Shown: one piece after another, positions 44,599 through 52,125 of the stretch | Layout: each line of letters starts with the position of its first letter | Numbering within the stretch: the stretch's first letter is position 1 | Assembly (NCBI GenBank): GCA_031423795.1 | Contig: JANPGH010000015.1 | Span: forward strand, 28,006-92,005 | Source of the DNA: Elusimicrobiota bacterium | Lineage (GTDB): Bacteria > Elusimicrobiota > Elusimicrobia > UBA1565 > UBA9628 | Direction of reading: 5' to 3' | Length of the DNA stretch: 64,000 bases | Notes under the pieces: generated by a model | What the model was told of the DNA's origin: nothing | Databases searched by the model: none | What the model saw: the letters and a program-made list of their open reading frames with translations, nothing else | Made by a program: the position numbers and the translations under genes

Positions 44599-44602
44599 TC
44601 AG

Positions 44603-46033
44603 CTACGCGGCGACCTTGGGCGGCTCACGCTTGATAACGAGGGTGTGAATTGGGTGTCCGAGAGCGGCTTCGCACGCTTCGGCGAACGCTTCATTGAGCG
44701 TCGGGTGCGGGTGGATGGTCGAGGCGACTTGTTCCAATGTCACACCCACGGAAACGGCCAGGCACGCCTCGCCGATCAGATCCGCCGCGTTGGGTCCGAC
44801 GAAGCCGGCCCCGAGGATGCGGTGGCTGTCCTTGTCGGCGACGACCTTGCAAAAACCATCGGTCTCTCGTACCGCTTGCGCGCGTCCCGATGCGACGAAA
44901 GGAAACTTGCCCACCACAGTCAAAACTCCCGCCGCTTTGGCTTCAGCCTCGGTCATCCCGACCCAAGAGATTTCTGGATCGGTGAACACCGCCCACGGCA
45001 CCTCCCCGCGCGGCTCCAGAGGCTTTCCGGCAATCGACTGCGCGGCGAGGATGCCCTCGCGACTGGCTTTGTGGGCAAGATACGGCAGACCGACGACGTC
45101 GCCAATCGCGTAAATATTCCCGATGCTGGACAGAAGTTCCGTGTCAACAAGGATGTGGCCGCGCTTGTCGAGCTCGACTCCAATTTTCTCGAGTCCGAGA
45201 TCCGCGCTGCGCGGCGCGCGTCCGACGGCCAAGAGAATCTTATCGCAGGCAATTTTCCGCGGGCCTTCCGGCGTGTCCACGGCGATCTCCAGACGCTTGC
45301 CCTTCTTCGCCCACGATTTGGCCTTGGAGCCGAGAAGCACCTCGACGCCGAGCTTCGTCAGGTTGCGAGAGACAGGTGTCGCCACGTCTTTCTCGATCAC
45401 CGGCAGAATCGCCTCGGAGAATTCCACGACGGTCACCGCGGATCCGAGTTTCGCGAAGATCGTGCCGATTTCGAGTCCGATCACGCCTCCGCCGATCACC
45501 ACGAGAGCCTCGGGAGCCTTGGTGAGGTCGAGGATTTCTTTTGAGCCCAGAATGTTTACGCCGTCGACTGCAAAACCCGGAATGGCGATCGGTGTCGAGC
45601 CGGTTGCGATGATCGCATGTTCGAATTCGACGGTTTCATTTCCGCCGCCGCTTTTCTCGACCACTGCAGTGTGCGCGGTCGCCAGGCGCGCCGTACCGGG
45701 CATGAATTCGCTCATATTGCCCTTGAGCAGGACGCCGATATTCTTAACGACGCCGCCGACCAGCTGGTCTTTCCAGGCGACCACTTTGTTCCAATCGATG
45801 CGGGTAAGGGCGCCTTCCTCGAAACCGGCGTCCTTCGCCTTTTTGGCCTTTGCGCGATTGTTGGCCACCGAGATCAGAGCTTTGGACGGGATGCAGCCGT
45901 AATTCAGGCACTCGCCTCCGAGCTTGTCTCGGTCGACAACGATCGAGCGTTTGCCGAGCTGGCCGAGCTTGATGGCTGCGACGTAGCCGCCCGGTCCGCC
46001 CCCGATGATCAGAACGTCGGTCTTAATGGACAT
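44603..46033 (-). CDS. lpdA: dihydrolipoyl dehydrogenase (E3)
   Basis: VLIIGGGPGGYVAA. Redox disulfide GGECLNYGCIPSK. C-terminal HAHPTL-type motif IHPHPTLNE. SD AAGAGGA lies upstream of ATG 46033. Confidence 0.93.
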   Translation of the reverse strand: MSIKTDVLIIGGGPGGYVAAIKLGQLGKRSIVVDRDKLGGECLNYGCIPSKALISVANNRAKAKKAKDAGFEEGALTRIDWNKVVAWKDQLVGGVVKNIGVLLKGNMSEFMPGTARLATAHTAVVEKSGGGNETVEFEHAIIATGSTPIAIPGFAVDGVNILGSKEILDLTKAPEALVVIGGGVIGLEIGTIFAKLGSAVTVVEFSEAILPVIEKDVATPVSRNLTKLGVEVLLGSKAKSWAKKGKRLEIAVDTPEGPRKIACDKILLAVGRAPRSADLGLEKIGVELDKRGHILVDTELLSSIGNIYAIGDVVGLPYLAHKASREGILAAQSIAGKPLEPRGEVPWAVFTDPEISWVGMTEAEAKAAGVLTVVGKFPFVASGRAQAVRETDGFCKVVADKDSHRILGAGFVGPNAADLIGEACLAVSVGVTLEQVASTIHPHPTLNEAFAEACEAALGHPIHTLVIKREPPKVAA

Positions 46034-46050
46034 TGTGGATGGGTCCTCTT

Positions 46051-47427
46051 TTAAATCAGCGTGCGCGGATTCTCGAGATGCCGAATCAGCGTGTTCATGA
46101 AATTGGCCGCGTCGGCTCCGTCGACCACGCGGTGGTCGAAGGTGAGGCAAAGGTTCATCATGTCTCGGATGATGATGCCACCCTCTCGGACCATCGGCCT
46201 TTTTTGCAGCTTCATCAGCGCGAGGATCGCGACCTCGGGGTGGTTGACGATCGGATTGGCGTAAAGGCCGCCGATGGGTCCTATGTTCGTGATCGTGAAC
46301 GTCCCCCCCTGCAGCGAGGCGACGTCGATTTTGTTGCCGCGCACTTTTTCTGCCAGGGCCGCGATTTCGGCGGCCAAACCGAAGAGATCGCGACCGTCCG
46401 CGCCCTTGATATTAGGCACGACCAGCCCTTGGGGTGCAGCGACGGCGATTCCGATGTTCTTCTCTCGCTTGACGATGATTTCCCCCGCTGACTCGTCGAG
46501 CGAGCTGTTGAACATGGGGAACTCGGCGAGTGTCTTGACCAGCGCGCGGACGATGAAGGGCAAAAACGTCAGTTTAATATTCCGCTTGAGAGCTTCAGGT
46601 TTAAGCTCTTCGCGCAAAGCAAGAACCGCCGTCATGTCGCATTCGTCGACATGGGTCACGTCGGCGACGGTGCGCTTAGATAAGGACATTTTTTCGGCGA
46701 TTTTTCGGCGAATGCCGGCGAAAGGGACTTTGTCGGCGCCTGATTGCGCGGAGCCCGCGGAAGTAAGTATAAGCGGGCCGGCCGGCGCCGGCGCGCTGTT
46801 TGACCGGTGCTCGGCCTTGGGTGCTGCGCCGCGCACATCGCTTTCCACGATACGCCTGCCCGGACCCGTACCCGTCAGGCCCGACAAGTTGACGCCGAGG
46901 GAGGACGCGAGGGCACGGACCGCCGCGGTCGCATTGGCGGGGGCGGGGGTGCCGCCGTCGCCTTTTAAAGCACGCACGTCGCTTTCGAGGATGCGGCCTT
47001 GCGGGCCGGTTCCCGTGACTGACGCGAGATCGACGCCGAGGGTCGTCGCGAGCTTGCGTACCATGGGTGCTGCGGAAACGTCGACTTGGCGTCGCGGGGC
47101 GGCGCTGGGCGTTGCATTTGCGGCGATAGGCGTCGCACCGGGCTGTTTCTTGGCCGCAGCCGTCGGCGCCGCGTCCGGTTTACCCTCGCCGGTGACGGAC
47201 AAAACAATAAGCGGAGCGTGAACTTGGATTTTTTGGCCGGGCTTGCCAAATAATTTCAACACTTTGCCCGATTTTGGCGAGGGTATTTCGACTTCGGCCT
47301 TGTCGGTTAATACCGAGGCCACCGGCTGGTGTTCGGTGACCGTGTCCCCCACCTTTACAAACCATTTCACGATCTCACCTTCAACCAGCCCTTCGCCGAT
47401 ATCGGGCAATTTAAATTCAAAGTCCAT
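46051..47427 (-). CDS. 2-oxoacid dehydrogenase E2 dihydrolipoamide acyltransferase (one lipoyl domain, two tandem E3-binding domains, catalytic domain)
   Basis: Lipoyl-lysine context VLTDKAEVEIPS. Two PSBD-like units (MVRKLATTLGVDLASVTGTGPQGRILESDV and AVRALASSLGVNLSGLTGTGPGRRIVESDV). Catalytic motif LCLTFDHRVVDGA. Confidence 0.92.
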   Translation of the reverse strand: MDFEFKLPDIGEGLVEGEIVKWFVKVGDTVTEHQPVASVLTDKAEVEIPSPKSGKVLKLFGKPGQKIQVHAPLIVLSVTGEGKPDAAPTAAAKKQPGATPIAANATPSAAPRRQVDVSAAPMVRKLATTLGVDLASVTGTGPQGRILESDVRALKGDGGTPAPANATAAVRALASSLGVNLSGLTGTGPGRRIVESDVRGAAPKAEHRSNSAPAPAGPLILTSAGSAQSGADKVPFAGIRRKIAEKMSLSKRTVADVTHVDECDMTAVLALREELKPEALKRNIKLTFLPFIVRALVKTLAEFPMFNSSLDESAGEIIVKREKNIGIAVAAPQGLVVPNIKGADGRDLFGLAAEIAALAEKVRGNKIDVASLQGGTFTITNIGPIGGLYANPIVNHPEVAILALMKLQKRPMVREGGIIIRDMMNLCLTFDHRVVDGADAANFMNTLIRHLENPRTLI

Positions 47428-48325
47428 GGTTGTTCTCCTCGAGACGACCTTTCAGGAACAGTTCAGCGGCGCGATAAGACGAACGCACGAACGGGCCCGC
47501 GGCGACGAACTTAAATCCTTTTTCCCGCGCGAGTTCGCCCAGGCGCTTAAATTCGTCGGGATGGATGAATTCGACCACCGGCAGATGGTGTCGAGATCCG
47601 GTGGGACGCAGGTACTGGCCGAGAGTCAAGATATCGACCGCAGCTTCGCGCAGGTCCTCGAATGAGCGCAGCAACTCATCAGATGTTTCGCCGAAACCGA
47701 GCATCAGGGAGGTTTTTGTCAGCGTGTTCAGTTGAATTTCTTTCGCGCGGCGCAACACGTCGAGCGATTGCCGGTAGCCGGCCCGGCGGTCACGCACCGT
47801 CGAGGTCAGGCGCTCAACGCACTCGAGGTTATGGGCCACGACGTCCGGTCCGGCGGCCATAACGGTCTCGAGAAGCGCCGCGTCGCCGCGAAAATCCTGC
47901 AACAGCATTTCGATCTTCAGGCCTGGATTTTCCGCCTTCACGGCCCGGATGCAGGCGGCCAGATGCCGCGCCCCTTGGTCGGGAAGGTCGTCGCGGCAGA
48001 CGGTCGTCAGCACCGCATAATCGACGGCCATCTCGCGCAGCGTCAGGGCCAGCTTTGCAGGTTCCTCGGGATCGGGAAGCGCAGGTGTTACGGCGGTTGC
48101 AACCGAACAGAATCGACACCCACGAGTACATGTGTCGCCCATCACCATGAACGTCGCAGTTCCCCCGCCCCAACACTCGGCCAAATTCGGGCAGCGGGCT
48201 TCTTCGCAAACGGTGGCGAGCCCCCGAGACCTGGAGGCTTCCTTCAAACGCGCGACGACGGGACCGGTCGGCAACGAAACTTTGAGCCAAGGAGGAAGCG
48301 CGCGCCTCTCGGCCAATGGGGGCAT
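47417..48325 (-). CDS. lipA: lipoyl synthase
   Basis: CEEARCPNLAECW and radical-SAM CTRGCRFCSV clusters. I prefer ATG 48325. The ORF extends to 48367. Confidence 0.93.
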   Translation of the reverse strand: MPPLAERRALPPWLKVSLPTGPVVARLKEASRSRGLATVCEEARCPNLAECWGGGTATFMVMGDTCTRGCRFCSVATAVTPALPDPEEPAKLALTLREMAVDYAVLTTVCRDDLPDQGARHLAACIRAVKAENPGLKIEMLLQDFRGDAALLETVMAAGPDVVAHNLECVERLTSTVRDRRAGYRQSLDVLRRAKEIQLNTLTKTSLMLGFGETSDELLRSFEDLREAAVDILTLGQYLRPTGSRHHLPVVEFIHPDEFKRLGELAREKGFKFVAAGPFVRSSYRAAELFLKGRLEENNHGL

Positions 48326-48326
48326 G

Positions 48327-49259
48327 TCAGTGCTCGCCTTTCTCCGCGAGGTAACGTTCGGCCTCAAGGGCGGCCTTGCAACCGTTGCCGGCGGCGGTGA
48401 TGGCCTGACGGTAACGGTCGTCCATCACGTCCCCCGCCGCGAACACACCTTCGATGCTCGTGCGACAACGGTCGTCGGCGACGATGTATCCGGCATCGTT
48501 GGTCTTGAGCTGGCCGTGAAGGAAATCCGTCGTCGGCGTGTGGCCGATCGCGATGAATAGTCCCTCGCACGAGAGCGGAGTGACCGCGCTGGTCTTAAGG
48601 TTCTTGAGCTTGACTCCCGTGACGTGGTCGTCGCCCAGGACTTCGTCCACCGCGGAATCCCAAATGAAGCTTATTTTCGGATTTTTCTTCGCGCGATCTT
48701 GCATGATTTGGGACGCACGCAGTTCGTGGCGGCGATGTACGACCGTGACCTTGCTGGCGAATTTCGTCAGGAAGTTAGCCTCTTCCATCGCGGTGTCCCC
48801 GCCCCCGACGACGACGACTTCCTTTTTCTTGAAAAAGAAGCCGTCGCAGGTCGCGCAGGCAGACACGCCGTGACCCTGCAGCTTCTTTTCCGAGGGAATG
48901 TCCAGCCACTTGGCGTTGGCGCCCGTCGCTACGATCAGCGCCAGGGCGGTGGCTTTAGTGCCTTCGGTCGTTTCGATTTCGAATGGCCGCTTCGACAAAT
49001 CGACCTTACTCACATATTCGGGGATGATTTCCACTCCCAGGCGCTTGACCTGCGCCGCCATCCGCTCCATTAATTCTGGCCCGGTGACCGGTTCCGGGAA
49101 ACCCGGAAAATTTTCGACATCGGTGGTGATCATCAGCTGGCCGCCCATCGCCACACCGCCAAACACCAAAGGAGATAAATTCGCACGTGCGGCGTAGATC
49201 GCGGCGGTATAGGCCGCCGATCCCGAGCCGATGATGACAACTTTTTTCGCATTGGACAT
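48327..49259 (-). CDS. trxB: thioredoxin-disulfide reductase
   Basis: VVIIGSGSAAYTAAIYAAR. Active site CATCDG. GGGDTAMEEA. ATG 49259. The ORF-track extension to 49481 is rejected. Confidence 0.93.
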   Translation of the reverse strand: MSNAKKVVIIGSGSAAYTAAIYAARANLSPLVFGGVAMGGQLMITTDVENFPGFPEPVTGPELMERMAAQVKRLGVEIIPEYVSKVDLSKRPFEIETTEGTKATALALIVATGANAKWLDIPSEKKLQGHGVSACATCDGFFFKKKEVVVVGGGDTAMEEANFLTKFASKVTVVHRRHELRASQIMQDRAKKNPKISFIWDSAVDEVLGDDHVTGVKLKNLKTSAVTPLSCEGLFIAIGHTPTTDFLHGQLKTNDAGYIVADDRCRTSIEGVFAAGDVMDDRYRQAITAAGNGCKAALEAERYLAEKGEH

Positions 49260-49265
49260 GCGCTC

Positions 49266-49274
49266 ATTATAACA
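49266..49274 (-). promoter_or_regulatory. extended -10 element TGtTATAAT 6 nt upstream of the trxB ATG (leaderless-type)
   Basis: The minus strand reads TGTTATAAT-gagcgc-ATG (ATG at 49259). Confidence 0.55.
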
Positions 49275-49297
49275 TTTCGACCTGACCCCCCCGGAAT

Positions 49298-49306
49298 TGG
49301 TAAGCT
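49298..49306 (+). promoter_or_regulatory. extended -10 element TGgTAAGCT 7 nt upstream of the folB-like ATG (leaderless-type)
   Basis: The plus strand reads TGGTAAGCT-cagcgcg-ATG (ATG at 49314). Confidence 0.45.
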
Positions 49307-49313
49307 CAGCGCG

Positions 49314-49688
49314 ATGAGCGGCGACACGATTTGGCTGATCGGGGTGGACTGCCGTTGCTGCGTGGGCGTGCCCGCCGTCGAACGCCGACGCCCGCAGAAA
49401 ATCACGATCGACTTGGGTTTGGAAGTCGACACCGCCCGTGCCGCGGCCGCCGATGATTTCCGGCTCACAGCCGATTATCATGCGGTGGAGAAGGCCGTTC
49501 GCGCTGAGGCGCAGTCGCGCCCTCGGGCGCTAATCGAGACATTGGCCGAGCAGACGGCGCTGGCGGCCTTGGGTGCTGCTCCGACTGCGGTGGCGGTGAC
49601 GGTGCGCGTTCATAAGACTCCGGCCGTTATGCCCAAAACGCGCGAGGTCGTCGTCGAAATTCGTCGCACGCGCGTGGGGCGGTCGTGA
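49314..49688 (+). CDS. folB: dihydroneopterin aldolase family protein (FolB/FolX-like)
   Basis: 124 aa. Tunnel-fold pattern IWLIGVDCRCCVGVPAVERRRPQKITIDLGLEVD...DYHAV...ALIETLAEQTA. Aldolase versus epimerase cannot be decided by eye. Confidence 0.65.
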   Translation: MSGDTIWLIGVDCRCCVGVPAVERRRPQKITIDLGLEVDTARAAAADDFRLTADYHAVEKAVRAEAQSRPRALIETLAEQTALAALGAAPTAVAVTVRVHKTPAVMPKTREVVVEIRRTRVGRS

Positions 49689-49722
49689 CGGAACTTAACG
49701 GACTCACCCTGGAGCACGACGA

Positions 49723-50319
49723 ATGATCATCCGCAAACTCTATCGTTTCGAGGCGGCTCACATTGTGCGCAATTGCTCGTCGGATCGCTGCAAGTACTCG
49801 ATCCACGGCCACAGCTTTCGCTGCGAGCTCCAGTTGACGGCGGACCGCCTAGACCGCGGCCAAATGATCTATGACTTCGGGCTGCTTAAAACCCACATCA
49901 AGGACTTCCTCGATGGGTTCGACCACTCGTCCTTATTTTGGGAGCGGGAAGCTCCGCGCTACGTCCGGGCGATCAAGACGAATTCGAAGCGTTGGGTGTC
50001 ATTACCCGTGTCGCCCACCGCCGAGCAAATATCGCGCGTGATTTTCGTCGCCTGCCAGGCGCTGCTGGACCGCACCGACCGCGCCAATGGCGACGGGAGC
50101 GCGCGGATTCACTCCGTGATCATCCATGAAACTGAAACCGGATCCGCGCAGTGTTTCCGAGACGACGCTTACAACGCGGCGATGGGAGAAATCGACTTGT
50201 CGCGAGTGGTCTTCTCTCCGGACGTCAAGGCGGAATGGCGCGATCCCAAAATGTGGGATAAGCTTCTGAAGGGCGGTCGCTTCAAGGTCGCCGCACCCGA
50301 ACAGCAGATCAAGCGATAA
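49723..50319 (+). CDS. 6-carboxytetrahydropterin / 6-pyruvoyl-tetrahydropterin synthase family protein (QueD/PTPS-like) with extended C-terminus
   Basis: FEAAHIV...DRCKYSIHGHSF zinc/catalytic motif and later HETETGSA. 198 aa versus the ~120 aa I recall for typical QueD. SD GGAG upstream. Confidence 0.8.
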   Translation: MIIRKLYRFEAAHIVRNCSSDRCKYSIHGHSFRCELQLTADRLDRGQMIYDFGLLKTHIKDFLDGFDHSSLFWEREAPRYVRAIKTNSKRWVSLPVSPTAEQISRVIFVACQALLDRTDRANGDGSARIHSVIIHETETGSAQCFRDDAYNAAMGEIDLSRVVFSPDVKAEWRDPKMWDKLLKGGRFKVAAPEQQIKR

Positions 50320-51046
50320 GCCGTCCGCCGTCGACGGTGAGCTCGGCTCCCGTCGTATAATCCGCGCCATCGGCGAGATACACGCAGGCGCGAGCGACGG
50401 CCTCTGGCGACCCCATGCGTTTGAGCAAGGTGGCCTCGGCGATTTTGCGTGTTTCCGAGTCGCTCATGTCCGCAGAGGCGAGCACAGGACCTGGAAGTAT
50501 CGCGTTCACGCGGATCTCGGGCGCGAGCGCTTTGGCCAAGATTTTGTTGACGCATAATAGCGCGGCTTTCGATGCGCAATAAGGGCCGTAGTCGGCGTAA
50601 GGGCGCAGCCCCGACCAATCGGCGATATTGATCACGCACCCTTGGCCCGACCGACGCAAGAGCGCCGCGCAAGCCTGCGCAAGGTAGAACGGCGCTCGGG
50701 CGTTGACGGCCATTTGCCGATCCCAATCATCAACGGAAGCGCCAGAGAACGGCGTGCGTTCATACAAGGAAGCGGAGTTGACGAGAATGTCCAGACCGCC
50801 GAAGCGGCGCTCGACCGCGTCGGCGAGTTTGTCCGGAGCCTTGGGATCCAATAGATTTGCCCGGAAGGCGTCGGCGTCCGCTCCCGAAAGTGACTTAACT
50901 GCCGCAACCACGCGCCGGGCTTCGGCCACCGAGGTATTATAGTGAACGGCGAGTCGGGCGCCTCGCGCCGCGAAGGCCAGTGCGATAGTTTTTCCCACAC
51001 GGCGGCCAGCGCCCGTCACCAGAACTATTTTGCCCTCGAGGCTCAT
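50309..51046 (-). CDS. SDR oxidoreductase with pteridine-reductase (PTR1/FolM-type) TGx3RxG cofactor motif
   Basis: VLVTGAGRRVGKTIA (TGxxxRxG instead of TGxxxGxG). Catalytic YCASK. 245 aa. ATGA overlap with the upstream gene. Confidence 0.8.
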   Translation of the reverse strand: MSLEGKIVLVTGAGRRVGKTIALAFAARGARLAVHYNTSVAEARRVVAAVKSLSGADADAFRANLLDPKAPDKLADAVERRFGGLDILVNSASLYERTPFSGASVDDWDRQMAVNARAPFYLAQACAALLRRSGQGCVINIADWSGLRPYADYGPYCASKAALLCVNKILAKALAPEIRVNAILPGPVLASADMSDSETRKIAEATLLKRMGSPEAVARACVYLADGADYTTGAELTVDGGRLIA

Positions 51047-51606
51047 TTTCCCCCCGTGGACTTCGGATTGGTCTTCATCGCCGGCGCGGCGGCGGCGGAC
51101 ATAAGCTTGAGCGTCAGTCCTTGAAGGCGCTGCATTTTCAGCCCGAACTCCTGGTCGCTCAGGCTATGTCCTGAATTCAGTTGACCTTTGACGTCGGACA
51201 TGAGCGCGCGCAATTCCTGGAGGTTAAGGCGCTGCTCGTGATTCAAGCTTTTCGACAATGTAGGATTGCTCAATAAAGGAGAAATGGCATCGATCATGCC
51301 TAGCGCGGTAGACTGCATTTGCGCCGCGGATGTCGGCAGGGGTGCGGGTGAACCGCGGTCGGAAGGAGACGTTTCTAAATCGGCAGGAGCGCGCAACAAG
51401 TCCAGGCCGGAGGAGGCCAGGTGCGGGGTCGTTTCCGCGCGAATGGCAACCTCCCCGTCGGAGGAGGCCAGGCGATCGGCCGTTGCCGATGGCGATGCGG
51501 GACTTAATATTTCCGTCGCCATGCGAACCAGGCGTGGCAAAGCCAACCCGCCGCAGACAAGCACGAGGGCAATGGTCAGCAGGCGCCAAAGGCCCCAATT
51601 TTTCAT
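51043..51606 (-). CDS. hypothetical exported protein
   Basis: ATG 51606 gives the signal anchor MKNWGLWRLLTIALVLVCGGLAL. Ser/Ala/Leu-rich helical remainder. ATGA overlaps on both sides. Confidence 0.55.
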   Translation of the reverse strand: MKNWGLWRLLTIALVLVCGGLALPRLVRMATEILSPASPSATADRLASSDGEVAIRAETTPHLASSGLDLLRAPADLETSPSDRGSPAPLPTSAAQMQSTALGMIDAISPLLSNPTLSKSLNHEQRLNLQELRALMSDVKGQLNSGHSLSDQEFGLKMQRLQGLTLKLMSAAAAPAMKTNPKSTGGK

Positions 51607-52076
51607 GGTTCGCGCAAATACCGCACTTTCGGGGCAGCATCCACTTGGCAATGCGGGCAATGTAGCGAGCGCGGGCCGTCAAATCGCGCAGGAGAAAAGC
51701 GAAACCAATCCGATTCGAAGTCTGCCGCCGGCGTAGACGTAAGACGGCTTTCATGGTCCATCACTTCGATCACGAAACAATGGCGGCAGTTCACACATTG
51801 AAGTTCGGTCACGCGGCGCGGGCCGGCGGGCCGCAACCGATCACGGTAAAGCCGCCAGCCGTCGACATTGGTGAGAGGCGGCTTGCAGGCCAGGATGTGT
51901 CGTCCCAGCCATTTCGGCCCAAGGGAAAGCCCTCTGCGGTCGCGGACTTGGCGAAGATCTCGATCACTGCGTGCGATCTGACATTCGACGAAGCTGGTTC
52001 GTCCAGCGCGGAAGCGCAAACGCACGGGCATGCTCGACACGGCGAACCACAAACGGTGCAGCGGAGCTTTGAGCAT
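51603..52076 (-). CDS. hypothetical zinc-ribbon protein (CxxC ... CxxC)
   Basis: CVNCRHC and CPHCQ pairs. The ORF extends to 52100, but ATG 52076 is preceded by TATACT-N6 (leaderless-type), which I prefer. Confidence 0.5.
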   Translation of the reverse strand: MLKAPLHRLWFAVSSMPVRLRFRAGRTSFVECQIARSDRDLRQVRDRRGLSLGPKWLGRHILACKPPLTNVDGWRLYRDRLRPAGPRRVTELQCVNCRHCFVIEVMDHESRLTSTPAADFESDWFRFSPARFDGPRSLHCPHCQVDAAPKVRYLREP

Positions 52077-52125
52077 GCGCGAAGTATAGCCGAAATTCAT
52101 AGAATGAACCAGGTCCTACAACCGT

